Shown piece by piece: positions 38,901 to 49,454 of a DNA stretch of 64,000 nucleotides. The DNA lies in IMG/VR virus record IMGVR_UViG_3300043105_000102, positions 32,001 through 96,000 of that record; one strand, given 5' to 3'. A program made the translations under genes and the position numbers. Positions within the stretch are counted from its first letter, which is position 1. Each line of letters starts with the position of its first letter. The notes under the pieces are model-generated. The model saw only the letters and a list, made by a program, of their open reading frames with translations, was not told the origin of the DNA and did no database searches. Source of the stretch: a virus. Lineage: Duplodnaviria; Caudoviricetes.

Positions 38901-41900
38901 AAGGATTTGATAAAATCCATACTTGCTTAGATTTGCTTTGTGATAATGGATTGGTTGAAAGAAAGCCCACATTAAGAGAAACATATGAATCAACTATTGG
39001 CATTTACAATCTTGAAAGAAAAGATCCTAGAATGTGGAAAATGATTTGGAATCATGAGATCGAATCATTATTCCAAATGGAAAAACAGAGTGGTGTTCAA
39101 GGAATTGCTTTAACAAAGCCTCAAAGTGTAGACGATTTAGCCCACTTAAATTCAGTAATCCGGCTAGTAGCACAAGATAAGGGCGCTGAACAACCACTAA
39201 GTAAATTTGCTCGTTTTAAAAACGATATTACCTTATGGTATAAGGAAATGGAAGATGCCGGATTGACCCAAAAGGAACAAGACCTTTTAAAAGAATATCT
39301 CTCAGGGTCATATGGTATTTGCGAAGCACAAGAACTATTTATGGAGTTAGTTCAAATTCCTGAATGTGGCGGATTTGACTTAAACTGGGCCGACAGGCTA
39401 AGAAAGAGTATTGCTAAGAAAAATCCAGCCGAATTTGAACAATTAACAAAGGAATATTATGCACAAGTTGAAGCCAAAGGACTAAGCCAAAATTTATGTA
39501 AATACGTATGGCAAAATTTGGTCGGGATAAGCCGTGGGTAAAAATTTGCTCCCTGTAATAGAAATATTACTTGAACAATGCCGAGAATTGCTGGAAAGCT
39601 AAGTCGAAAGATATGCCAATCAGCAGCCGAGCCATTTAGCTAATGGAAGGTTCAACGACTATTCAGAAAGAAGTAGGAGAAATCCGAAGTACGGCACATC
39701 GTTATTCTACCATGATTTTAGATTAAAGGAGGTGTAAAAATGGATCAACAACAGATAATTGATTGGTATGTTAAAGATGGATTTTCAATAAATTATATTG
39801 CAAAAAATCTACTACATTGCCGTGCAAGTACTATTAGTAAAATTTTAAAAGAAAATAATATAGTCATTAAAAAAGGCGCTACTAAAAAAGTAAATATTAA
39901 TCAAGAGAAAGAAATTATTGAACTATATACTAAAGAACATTATACGCAAAAAGAATTAGCCGAAAAGTTCCATCGTAGTACTGATACAATTCATAAAATT
40001 CTTATTAAAAATAGTGTAGCTATTATTAGTCAACCCAAGATTAACAAAAATCAAATAGACACTTATTTTGATATAATAGATACAGAAGAAAAAGCATATT
40101 GGCTTGGATTTATTTTCGCTGATGGTAATATTTTTAACAATCAATTAACAATAGAAATTCATGAGCGGGATAGGGAGTTGCTAGAAAGATTTAAAATAGC
40201 GCTAAATTTAAACGGAAAAATTTCTCATAGAGTCAGAAAAAATACTTCTGTATGTTCTGTCAGAGTTGTAAGTAAACATCTATGTGAAACTTTGAGTAAG
40301 TACGGAATAGTACCTAACAAAACTTATGTTACTAAACATTTACCACAAGTTCCTGAAACAATGTTACCACATTTCTTACGAGGATTAATTGATGGTGATG
40401 GTTGGATTAGTACAGACAAATCTGGACATTATCATATTGGGTTTGTTAGTCACTTCCCTTCAGTGTGTGAAGATTTTAAAAGGTATTGCAATATATTAAC
40501 CGATGGAAAATGTAGAGCTGCAATTACACGCAAAGATAAAAATTATTCTGGATATTGTTTTCAAATTCAGAGCAAAGAAGCTACAAAATTGATAGCTACA
40601 ATTTTGTATAAAGACAATACAATTTGTCTTAGTCGAAAGTATCGGAGGGTAGAGCCGTTACTTGACTGAAAAAACGATGAAGATATAGTCTTGGGCGATA
40701 ACCAGTTATGAAAATAACATTCGCTCAGACGGCTTTAATTTGAGTCATACATTAGCATATTCCCTTGTGGCACTCCAAGAGATGAACTTAGCATTTAAGT
40801 ACCCTATTGTTTATTGGAACTGCGCTTGCTTGATAGTTGATAGCGGTAGCGTTGGTTCTGGAACAGATTATAATAAGATAGCTATAGCTATTGGTAAGAT
40901 GCGGAAAGCCAACATTAAAGTTAGTTTGCCTGATATAAACCAATCAGACTTTGGATTCAAACCCGATGAAAAGAATAATAGAATCCTGTGCGGACTTAAG
41001 AGTCTGGCAAATGTTGGCGATGAAGTAGTCATAAAAACTATTGACAACCGTCCTTATGTATCTCCAAAAGACTATTTGGATAAAGTTCATCCTAATAAGC
41101 AAGCTATGATTTCCTTGATTAAAGGAGGGGCTTTTGATTCTCTTATGGATAGAAAGCTTTGCATGGCTTGGTATATTTGGGAAACTTGTAATAAAAAGAG
41201 TAAAATTAACCTACAGAATATGTCGGGATTGATTAGATACAATCTTCTTCCCGAAGAAACAGAAGAACAAGTCATGGCGCGCCGAGTTTATGAGTTTAAT
41301 AGATATTTGAAAAGTAGCTTTAAGCAAGGTGACAAATATATATTAACCAATCGGGCTATTAGCTTTTTGAACGAACTGGGCATAGAACCAAGTTTTGATT
41401 CTGGACTTTATTTACCGATTAAAAAATGGGAAAAGGTCTATCAAAAATGGATGGACGTATTTAGAGAGTGGATGGCCGCCAACCACGATAAAATACTCCA
41501 AAAAGTAAATGATAATGTTTTCCGTGAAGATTGGGAGAAGTATGCTCTTGGTAATTATTCTAGTTGGGAAATGCAATCTTTGTGTTTCTATTATCATGAA
41601 CACGAACTCGCCCATGTTAATAATAATCTTTATGGCTTCGCTGACTTCTCTAAGCTTCCAGAAGAACCAGAAATTGTAAAGACCTTTGGGAGCGGTGGAA
41701 AAATTTTCCAGTTGCATACGATTTGCGGCACTTGTATTGCAAAAGACAAAAACAAGAGTACTGTTAGCTTATTAACTACAACCGGAGTAGTTAATATTAA
41801 GTTCAGAAAAGAATACTTCTCTATTTTTGATAAACGTATCTCAGAAATTGGCGCCGATGGTACTAAACATTGTATTGAAGAATCTTGGTTTAGTAGAGGT

Positions 41901-42068
41901 AGTATGATAGCGGTTCAAGGCATTCGTTCGGGAGATAATTTTGTACCAAAGAAATATAAAAGTTCAAATTCCCATGAGCTATATAAGATTGATAAAGTTT
42001 ATCCTGATGGCCGACTTGCTTTGCGCCATGATAGATATAAAGGAGAGGAGTCTGAAAGTAATGACTAA
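35994..42068 (+). CDS. dnaE: DNA polymerase III alpha; segments 35994-36032, 36038-36703, 37157-37712, 38017-38588, 38873-39539, 40729-42068 (1279 aa)
   Basis: PHP LHNH[5 nt]TDYS, TEH, TTD|SHY; SRGSGTG|F; RFLNP.R...DIDVD; HAGG; |LIKYDLL; FQME; RG|YGFN.SH..AYS. Confidence 0.92.
36704..37156 (+). mobile_element. Group I intron (453 nt), dnaE-I1, with an ORF remnant in the P1 loop
   Basis: GAU|UG pairs with CAGUC near 36902; GCTAACGG, TAACGACTA, AAATATAGTC; terminal G37156. Confidence 0.88.
37713..38016 (+). mobile_element. Group I intron, ORF-less (304 nt), dnaE-I2
   Basis: ACUGGGU pairs with GCUCAGU; GAGACTA, AGAGATAGTC; T|TT restores Phe. Confidence 0.9.
38589..38872 (+). mobile_element. 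Group I intron, ORF-less (284 nt), dnaE-I3
   Basis: GAGU pairs with GCUC; TCGACTA, AAGATATAGTC; terminal G38872. Confidence 0.9.
39540..40728 (+). mobile_element. Group I intron (1189 nt), dnaE-I4, encoding a LAGLIDADG endonuclease
   Basis: AATTGCTGGAA, AATCAGCAGCC, TTCAACGACTA, AAGATATAGTC; T|AC restores Tyr. Confidence 0.92.
39740..40669 (+). CDS. Intron-encoded two-motif LAGLIDADG homing endonuclease with N-terminal HTH repeats
   Basis: WLGFIFADG and FLRGLIDGDG; AGGAGGT RBS. Confidence 0.9.
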   Translation: MDQQQIIDWYVKDGFSINYIAKNLLHCRASTISKILKENNIVIKKGATKKVNINQEKEIIELYTKEHYTQKELAEKFHRSTDTIHKILIKNSVAIISQPKINKNQIDTYFDIIDTEEKAYWLGFIFADGNIFNNQLTIEIHERDRELLERFKIALNLNGKISHRVRKNTSVCSVRVVSKHLCETLSKYGIVPNKTYVTKHLPQVPETMLPHFLRGLIDGDGWISTDKSGHYHIGFVSHFPSVCEDFKRYCNILTDGKCRAAITRKDKNYSGYCFQIQSKEATKLIATILYKDNTICLSRKYRRVEPLLD

Positions 42069-42282
42069 AGAAAAGATTTTGCTAAAATATAGGTCTAAAG
42101 AAGTAACCCATATCTACGTAACAGCAATTCCTAATGAAATTGATAAGCACCAATTAAGGCTATCAAAGACTAAAGATTTCCTTATCCCTACTTGGGAATT
42201 TCCGATTAACATTTATAGGTTTGAAGATTATGGAAAAACTTGGGCCTTTACCGAAGAAGAACTGAGGAAAGAAAATGTATAA
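42061..42282 (+). CDS. Hypothetical protein
   Basis: GAGGAG RBS; D.GKTW..T.EE motif. Confidence 0.6.
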   Translation: MTKEKILLKYRSKEVTHIYVTAIPNEIDKHQLRLSKTKDFLIPTWEFPINIYRFEDYGKTWAFTEEELRKENV

Positions 42283-42844
42283 ATATTGTATTATTGCTTT
42301 AATTGGAAAGGCCGGAAGTGGGAAAGACACATTACTGAAAGAGCTTTTAAAGGTTGAACCAAAGCTAAGGAGTATTGTAAGTTATACCACTCGGCCCCCA
42401 CGCCAAGGAGAACTAGATGGAATAGATTATCACTTTGTCTCTGGGGAAGTATTCGCGGCCAAACTTCTAAATGAAGAACTTCTTGAGGCTAGTTTCTTTA
42501 ATGATTGGTTCTATGGGACTGGCTATGATAGTTTAAAGCCCGGAGCAATTCATGTCGGAGTTTTTAATCCTGATGGGGTTGATTCCCTTAAAGCCCATAA
42601 AGATATTCTTACAGTTGTTTATTATCTTGACGTAAAAGATAAAGAAAGACTGTTGCGGCAATTGAATAGAGAAGATGACCCTGATGTTAATGAAATTATC
42701 CGTAGATTTAAGGCCGATGAAGTAGACTTTGACGAAATAGATTTCTCCTATAATCTTTTGGTTAATGATAATACAGAAGATTTGCGCGAAAACCTTAAAA
42801 TTATTACCTCAGACCTAGCTCTTTTTGAAAGCAAAATTGGATAA
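42275..42844 (+). CDS. gmk: Guanylate kinase
   Basis: GKAGSGKD, TTRPPR.GE.DG.DYHF, YGT. Confidence 0.9.
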   Translation: MYKYCIIALIGKAGSGKDTLLKELLKVEPKLRSIVSYTTRPPRQGELDGIDYHFVSGEVFAAKLLNEELLEASFFNDWFYGTGYDSLKPGAIHVGVFNPDGVDSLKAHKDILTVVYYLDVKDKERLLRQLNREDDPDVNEIIRRFKADEVDFDEIDFSYNLLVNDNTEDLRENLKIITSDLALFESKIG

Positions 42845-42858
42845 ACATTAGGTAATAA

Positions 42859-42906
42859 AAGCTATATATAGTATGGATGCCCAAAAATTCATACTATATA
42901 TAGCTT
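42859..42906 (+). promoter_or_regulatory. Tandem NrdR-box-like operators
   Basis: aagCTATATATAGtat (42859) and ataCTATATATAGctt (42891), 32 bp apart, just before the nrdD RBS. Confidence 0.7.
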
Positions 42907-42924
42907 ACAGGAGGAATGTAAAAA

Positions 42925-45900
42925 ATGAATATATTGAAAAGAAACGGCGCAGAAGTCCCTTTCGATGGGCAGAAAATTCAGAATGCAATTATTAAAGCTA
43001 TGGCCGAAGTTGGCGGCGGCCAAGATACAACAATTGCAGGAGACATAGCCGCCAAAGTTGAAGCTGACATCACTAAGAGTCCAGAAAAAGCAAATGTTGA
43101 ATCTATTCAAGATTTAGTAGAGGATTATTTGATGCAATCTGGGCGGAGAGATGTTGCTAGAACTTATATTAGATACAGATATAAAAAAGAAAATGAACGA
43201 GCTTTACAAGAAGATTTAAATCTTCGTTTTAGAAAGTTCAATGCTTTAATTTCCGGTGAGGATGAAGAATCTAAAAAGGAGAACAGCAATAAAGATACTC
43301 GTATTATCCCTACTATGAGAGACTATATTGCGGGCTTCTCTTGCCGAGATATAGCAAAGAACTATTTTTCAAAAGAGATTTGGGATGCTCATGAAGCTGG
43401 AATTATCCATATTCATGATACCGATTATAGTCCGGCTATGCCGATGTATAACTGCTGTTTAATCAATCTTGAAGATATGCTTCAAAATGGTACGGTTATT
43501 AGTAAGACTATGATTGAAAAGCCTAAATCTTTTAGGACTGCTTGTACTGTAACTACTCAAATTATTACCCAAGTAGCAAGTAGTCAATACGGTGGAAATA
43601 CGATAAATCTTGCACACTTAGCGCCTTTTGTTGATATTTCAAGACAAAAGATTCGTGAAAAAGTGAAAAATGAAATCATCGAAACTGAGGGAAACCTAGA
43701 TAAGATAGATGAAATTACTGAAAAACAAGTCCTTGAGGAAATTAAGGATGGAATACAAACTATTCAGTATCAGCTTATTACAATGAGTACAACTAATGGT
43801 TAAAAAATGGCCACGCTAAGATGGGGACATCTTAGAGGAGTAGACGGCTAACCTACAAATGTAGGGTGTCTAGATATTTCCTATTTAGGCTAACGGTGAA
43901 CACTAAAATATTTTTAATTTAAGATATAAATATTCTAAGGTAAAGGAGGGGGAAATTTGATAATATATAAAATAACTAATGATTTTAACAATAAAGTCTA
44001 CATTGGGCAGACTATATATAACGATCTTAAAAAGCGAATTAAAACTTATAAAAGTGAAATTCAATTTAGAGATGGTACAAGGCCAATCATTCAAGAGATA
44101 AGGAAACATGGTATAGACCATTTCACTTGGGAAGTTCTTGAAAAAGATATTAATAGTCAACAAGAGCTGGATGAAAAAGAAATTGCCTATATTAAAGAAT
44201 ATAAAAGTTTAACATCTCAAAATGGGTATAATGCAGATGTTGGTGGAAGAGGACAAGGGCCTCGTTCTGAAGAAACAAAAAAGAAAATAGGAGATGCACA
44301 ACGAGGGAAATTAAACCATATGTACGGAAAAACCGGAGCAAAAAATGCTACTTCTAAGAAAGTCATGGAATTAACAACCGGAAAAACCTATGAATCAGCT
44401 TGCGAAGCAGCAAGAGATCTTGGAATCAATTTTTCTCATATTTGTGCCACAGCTAGAGGCAAAAGAGGCAGTACAAAAGGATATGTTTTCTTATATGTTG
44501 ATGAAAATGGTCATTTAATTATACCAAATAGAATGACTAAAATTAAAAATCCCTCTTTAAGAAAAAAGCTTCATAATTTATACCCGAATCTATTTTAAAT
44601 TAAAATATCATGTCAATACCGTGCCAAGCTTCTACCTATGTAAGAAGAAGGTGTAACGACTATCCCTTATTGGGAGTAGGATTAAGGTGGAAGCCCTTAA
44701 CCCGAAAGACCGTCCATCTAGAACAGATGAAAAGATAGTCTAAGCTATTTAGAAATAAATAGAGGGGTCTGCAAGCCCCATTTACGTCAATTTTTATGTG
44801 GATTGACTCTGATTACGATAAACAATTACAACACGATTTAGCTCTTGTTATTAAAGAAGTTTTAAAACAGCGCATAGAGGGAGTAAAGAATGAAAAAGGT
44901 GTACCTATTACTACAGCTTTTCCCAAATTACTTTATTGCCTTGACGAGAATAATATTCATGAAGACTCTGAATATTGGTACTTAACAGAACTGGCCGCAG
45001 AATGTAGTGCAAAGCGTTTAGTACCAGATTATATCTCAGCTAAGAAAATGCGTGAACTTAAGAATGGAAACGTATTCGGCTGCATAAACAATAACTGTGC
45101 CTAATGATAGCGATATTATTAGAAAACTTGTCTAAACGGAGAAAGTCTTTTAACTAAGATAACTTACCGTGCTAAAAAGAAAGCCTAACGACTATCCCCG
45201 AAGGGGGAGTAGAATACAAGCTGTTGGTATTCGAAATGGCAAGCTTCTCAATAAAAAGAGAAGGTGATATAGTCTAATCTGCATATATAATCCATAAAAT
45301 GCAGCAGTTCATAAGAGAACGTAATAGATGTAGCGAATCTATTGGAATGTTAATGGGGATGCCGAAGTTTCCTTCAAGATTATATTGACCCAGAAACTGG
45401 AAAACATAAATTCTGGGGTCGATTCAACCAAGGGGTCTGTACTTTAAATCTTGCCGATGTAGCTCTATCTTCTGGTGGAGATTTTGACAAATTTTGGAAA
45501 ATTATGGATGAAAGGCTCCAAATGTGTTATGAAGTTTTAATGGTTCGTCATAACGTATTAAAAGGTACCAAGTCTGATGTGGCGCCAATCCTTTGGCAGC
45601 ATGGTGCTTTAGCAAGACTTGCTCCCGGAGAAACCATTGATAAGTTGCTTTATAACGATTATAGTTCTATTTCATTAGGATATGCTGGACTGTATGAATG
45701 TATCCATTATATGACTGGTGGTTCCCAACTAGATGAAAAAGGATATAATTTTGGTATGGAAGTTATGAAGTGCCTTAAAAGTGCTACCGATAAGTGGAGA
45801 GAAAAAACCAATATTGGGTTCTCCCTTTATGGCTCTCCCATTGAAACAACCACTCAAAAATTCGGTAAAGGCCTTAAAAAGAGATTTGGAATTATTAAAG

Positions 45901-47306
45901 GGATTACTGACAAGAACTACGTCACTAACTCCTATCATATTACGCCCTCTCAGCATATTGACGCCTTTAACAAGCTGAGAATTGAATCTAGGTTCCAAGA
46001 ACTTAGTTTGGGTGGTTAGCCTAAATAGCTACCCTGAAATTATGTGAACGCAAGAAAAAGCGGTGTTTAACCTTATGGTTAAGCTAACGGGGAACACTTA
46101 ATTGGAAATCCCGTGCCAAGCCTTATCTTATAAGGAAGGTGTACAGACTATCCCGCAAGGGAGTAGGACGGATTTTATCACCGTTCGAAGTGCATAAAAA
46201 GTGAAGCAGAGGGTACCTGCTACTTTAAGATATAGTCGAAAGGAAAATAATATGTATAAATGTGAAATTTGTGGTAAAGAAAGTTTTAAGAAAATACGAT
46301 TAGGTGGATATACACTTTGTAGTAAGCATATGCACCAGCTCCATTCTTATGGTAAATTTTTAGACGATAACCCAAGAACTCAAAATGATTTAAACGAGTA
46401 TAAAGTTGTTGGCGATATAGCTATTTTTAATTTATACGATGGAACCACTTCTGAGAAAATTGACGAATTTATTATTGACTCAGAAGATGTTGAAAAAGTT
46501 AAATATCATAAATGGAGACTTAGTCATAGTCATGTTGTAACGGGATTACCTTACAAAGGAACTCAAAGAGAACTAAGCTGGGTTATTTTAGGATTGGACA
46601 ATAGATTAAAAGAGAATGAGAATAAAGTTGTAGACCATATTGATTGCGACCCTAGAAATAATCGTAAATCTAATTTAAGGATTTGCTCACAAGCAGAAAA
46701 CGTAAGAAATAAAAGCTTTGTAAGTAACAATTCCTCTGATTTTATTGGGGTTAGCTATAGCAAAAAGAAAGATAGATATGACCCAGAAATTAGAATAAAT
46801 AAGCAGAGGTGCCATTTAGGGTATACAAAGACTTTAGAAGAAGCTGTATATAAGCGTCTAATAGCAGAAGAATTACTATTTGATGGCTTTAACAATGAAG
46901 CTGAATCTAATAGAAAAAGAGAATTTACCAAAAGTCTTCCACAAGAAGTAAAACAAGAACTTTACCAAACCACAATAAACAAATTAAAAGCTAAAAACCT
47001 TTGGCAATAAGCTACATTGAAACCCCAAATATGACAAAAAATATTCCAGCGGTTTTGGAAGTTATTAAATTTATATACGATAATATTATGTACGCTGAAA
47101 TCAATACTATGACAAGTTATTGCCATATATGCGGTTGTACAGATATTAAAATGGGTGATGATTTGAAATTCCATTGTCCAGAATGCGGCAATGATGATTT
47201 TGAGAAAATGAATATTGCTTTACGTGTCTGTGGGTACATAAGTACGAATCCCTTCTGTGAAGGACGTGCCGAAGACATCTATGCAAGGGTCGATCATTTT
47301 GATTAA
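42925..47306 (+). CDS. nrdD: Anaerobic (class III) ribonucleotide reductase; exons 42925-43800, 44772-45085, 45356-46016, 47004-47306 (717 aa)
   Basis: ATP cone, ENSN, HIHD, NCC, QYGG, TNG|QAPF, FPK, GC-M|GCRS, GRFN.G, GG|AISY, CxxC..CxxC, glycyl-radical motif RVCGYI. Confidence 0.95.
43801..44771 (+). mobile_element. Group I intron (971 nt), nrdD-I1, encoding a GIY-YIG endonuclease
   Basis: UGGU pairs with GCCA; TAACGACTA, AAAGATAGTC; terminal G44771. Confidence 0.92.
43957..44598 (+). CDS. Intron-encoded GIY-YIG homing endonuclease with NUMOD3/NUMOD1-like DNA-binding modules
   Basis: IIYKITN...YIGQT, E..YI, GYN, SEETKKKI, N.MYGK, YES..EAAR.LG. Confidence 0.9.
   Translation: MIIYKITNDFNNKVYIGQTIYNDLKKRIKTYKSEIQFRDGTRPIIQEIRKHGIDHFTWEVLEKDINSQQELDEKEIAYIKEYKSLTSQNGYNADVGGRGQGPRSEETKKKIGDAQRGKLNHMYGKTGAKNATSKKVMELTTGKTYESACEAARDLGINFSHICATARGKRGSTKGYVFLYVDENGHLIIPNRMTKIKNPSLRKKLHNLYPNLF
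45086..45355 (+). mobile_element. Group I intron, ORF-less (270 nt), nrdD-I2
   Basis: GCAU pairs with GUGC; TAACGACTA, GATATAGTC; AT|G restores Met in CMGCRS. Confidence 0.9.
46017..47003 (+). mobile_element. Group I intron (987 nt), nrdD-I3, encoding an HNH-AP2 endonuclease
   Basis: GGUGGU pairs with GCUACC; CAGACTA, AAGATATAGTC; terminal G47003. Confidence 0.9.
46252..47010 (+). CDS. Intron-encoded HNH endonuclease with AP2-like domain
   Basis: VDHID.DP.NNRKSNLR.C...EN; GVSY...HLG...EEA; stop codon lies in the downstream nrdD exon. Confidence 0.88.
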   Translation: MYKCEICGKESFKKIRLGGYTLCSKHMHQLHSYGKFLDDNPRTQNDLNEYKVVGDIAIFNLYDGTTSEKIDEFIIDSEDVEKVKYHKWRLSHSHVVTGLPYKGTQRELSWVILGLDNRLKENENKVVDHIDCDPRNNRKSNLRICSQAENVRNKSFVSNNSSDFIGVSYSKKKDRYDPEIRINKQRCHLGYTKTLEEAVYKRLIAEELLFDGFNNEAESNRKREFTKSLPQEVKQELYQTTINKLKAKNLWQ

Positions 47307-47341
47307 GGGCGAACCTTTGAAATACGAATACGAGAAAAGAG

Positions 47342-47842
47342 GTGGTTATAAAGCCTATGCGTTATAATACTATTAAGAAGAACGATATAGCTAATTGCCC
47401 GGGGGTAGCAGTTTCTGTCTATCTTCAGGGTTGCCCCCATCACTGCTATAAATGCTTCAACCAAGAGACTTGGGATTTTAATGGCGGCAAAGAGTTTACA
47501 GACGAAACCCTAAACGATATTATTACTGGACTAACTGAAAATGGCGTTAAACGTTCTCTCTGTCTTTTGGGAGGAGAACCTCTTTGCCCAGAAAATCAAC
47601 CTCTGACGTATCTAATAATTAGTTCAGTAAAAGAAAAGCTGCCAGATACAAAAATATATATATGGACAGGATATTATCTTGACCAACTTTTAAAGTCCAA
47701 AAGCCAACTACTAGATCAGATTTTGGAACTTACAGATTGTGTTGTAGATGGGCCGTATATTGATGCTTTAAGAGATATTAGACTGCCCATGCGTGGCTCA
47801 AGTAATCAGAACATAAACTATTTAAAAAAAGAAAAGAGGTAA
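47342..47842 (+). CDS. nrdG: Anaerobic RNR activase (start may be ATG 47357)
   Basis: CPHHCYKC radical-SAM motif, GGEP, WTGY, DG.Y, RGSSNQ. Confidence 0.92.
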   Translation: MVIKPMRYNTIKKNDIANCPGVAVSVYLQGCPHHCYKCFNQETWDFNGGKEFTDETLNDIITGLTENGVKRSLCLLGGEPLCPENQPLTYLIISSVKEKLPDTKIYIWTGYYLDQLLKSKSQLLDQILELTDCVVDGPYIDALRDIRLPMRGSSNQNINYLKKEKR

Positions 47843-47848
47843 TGTCTT

Positions 47849-48349
47849 ATAGAAACTATTCATGTATTAGCAGAAACTTGTTTAGATAGCTTAAAGAATG
47901 TAGAAGAAAATCAATTAGCTTTTCTTGAAGATAAGAAAGAATATAGGTATTTTAAAGATGGCGAATGGCGCTCCCCCATAAGAGGGAAGGCCGCCAATAG
48001 CAATTTCTCTATGAGCGTTTATGAAATGAATCAGCAAATAGTTTCCCAATTACCAGATTTAACCAGTGACCAAAAGAAAGAGTTCAAAAAGAAGCTTGAA
48101 GATTGGGTTGGTGCCCAACCTAATTCCCGATTCTTCTTGCTCTATGGAAAAGACATTGGATATTTCACCTTATTTGAAAGAAGCTCTAGTACCCAAGAAA
48201 AGATAGCTGATATATTTATGGAATGCTTTGATAATATCGGCCCCATAAAAACTTACGATATTACTTCTTCGGCCATTGAAGTTTGGGCTAACTCAACGGT
48301 ATTTTATTTCTTTAATTATGATAACGGAGTTGAAAAATTTAATGGATGA
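47849..48349 (+). CDS. Hypothetical protein, paralog of 48672-49190; probable ATA start
   Basis: Frame is open from 47843 and aligns with the paralog N-terminus (AFLEDKKEYRYFKDGEWR vs AFIEDVQEYRVYLNGEWR); GAGGT lies 8 nt before ATA. Confidence 0.65.
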   Translation: METIHVLAETCLDSLKNVEENQLAFLEDKKEYRYFKDGEWRSPIRGKAANSNFSMSVYEMNQQIVSQLPDLTSDQKKEFKKKLEDWVGAQPNSRFFLLYGKDIGYFTLFERSSSTQEKIADIFMECFDNIGPIKTYDITSSAIEVWANSTVFYFFNYDNGVEKFNG

Positions 48350-48578
48350 AAAAGTAATTGCTTGTTATCTAGCTCTTTTTGAAAGGTACCAACCTATTTA
48401 TCTTCCTGATGGAACAAGAGAAAGATGCTTAATTGGTGAAGTAGAAAGCTTTATTCTAAAAGCGTGTGAGAATTTTGACTGTTATAAAGTTCACTTCTAT
48501 GGGAACGAACTTTATATCCAAAAGCTAATTGAAACCATGTCAGAAGAAAATCCTAAACTGGAATTTGAAGTAAACTAA
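48342..48578 (+). CDS. Hypothetical protein
   Basis: GGAG RBS before ATG 48342. Confidence 0.55.
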   Translation: MDEKVIACYLALFERYQPIYLPDGTRERCLIGEVESFILKACENFDCYKVHFYGNELYIQKLIETMSEENPKLEFEVN

Positions 48579-48613
48579 AAAAAATAAAGTCAACTCTATC
48601 TTTTTTGGTAGAG

Positions 48614-48642
48614 TTGACTTTTTTCTTGTTTTATGGTATAAT
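48614..48642 (+). promoter_or_regulatory. Sigma-A-type promoter overlapping a terminator hairpin (48585-48624)
   Basis: TTGACT-17-TATAAT with TG. Confidence 0.75.
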
Positions 48643-48671
48643 ATAAATATAGATGAAAGGAGTTCTGTCTT

Positions 48672-49190
48672 ATGAATTGTGATTTTCAAATGATTGATAT
48701 AGCTACAGAGGAAGATTTAGATACCGTTATGGGACATAGAGAAGGTATGGTAGCCTTTATAGAAGATGTTCAAGAATATAGAGTATATTTAAATGGCGAA
48801 TGGCGGCCAGTAGAAGAACAATCAGCAGAGAACGGCGGTCTAGCCCTAAATCTGTATGAGGTAAACCGCCAGATCGTTTCCCAGCTACCAAACTTTAGTG
48901 AAGAGCAGAAAAAAGATTTTAAGACAGCTCTTTCTTTCTGGATTGACCCAGAAGTCAATTACTATTTACTTATGGGGCAAGAGACTAGTACTTCTATGCT
49001 ATTTGTGCGGGAAGCTGGTTCTGAGGAATCTTTGGTAGACCTATTATATGAAAGTTTTGATGAAATAGGTCTTATTAAAGATTATGAAATAATTGATGAA
49101 AACGCTTTGGAAGTTTGGATGGACTGCTTTGGGCTGGTTTCTTGTTTCTATCTTGTTAATTACGAAAATGGCGTAAGAAAATTTAAGTGA
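48672..49190 (+). CDS. Hypothetical protein, paralog of 47849-48349
   Basis: Shared YE.N.QIVSQLP, IG.IK.Y, A.EVW and NY.NGV.KF motifs. Confidence 0.7.
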   Translation: MNCDFQMIDIATEEDLDTVMGHREGMVAFIEDVQEYRVYLNGEWRPVEEQSAENGGLALNLYEVNRQIVSQLPNFSEEQKKDFKTALSFWIDPEVNYYLLMGQETSTSMLFVREAGSEESLVDLLYESFDEIGLIKDYEIIDENALEVWMDCFGLVSCFYLVNYENGVRKFK

Positions 49191-49200
49191 GGTTTTTAAA

Positions 49201-49449
49201 ATGGATAAATATTTAATCAAGTCAACAAACGTATATAGAGTCCCTACTGTTGAAGATGCTTTGAAATTGCGGGACGAGCTTCAAAATACAGAAAATGGAG
49301 AGCTGACAAACTTTAGCTATACTACTAAGTATATTAAGGCTAAGGGTGAAATTATTGAGGAATATCAATTGGTAAAGACCTGTATTGAGTTTACTTCTGA
49401 GAAAGATCCTGAACTCCATATTCAAGCTAAGTATGAAATGGAGTACTAA
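49201..49449 (+). CDS. Hypothetical protein
   Basis: GAGGT RBS, 82 aa. Confidence 0.65.
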   Translation: MDKYLIKSTNVYRVPTVEDALKLRDELQNTENGELTNFSYTTKYIKAKGEIIEEYQLVKTCIEFTSEKDPELHIQAKYEMEY

Positions 49450-49454
49450 TATAA

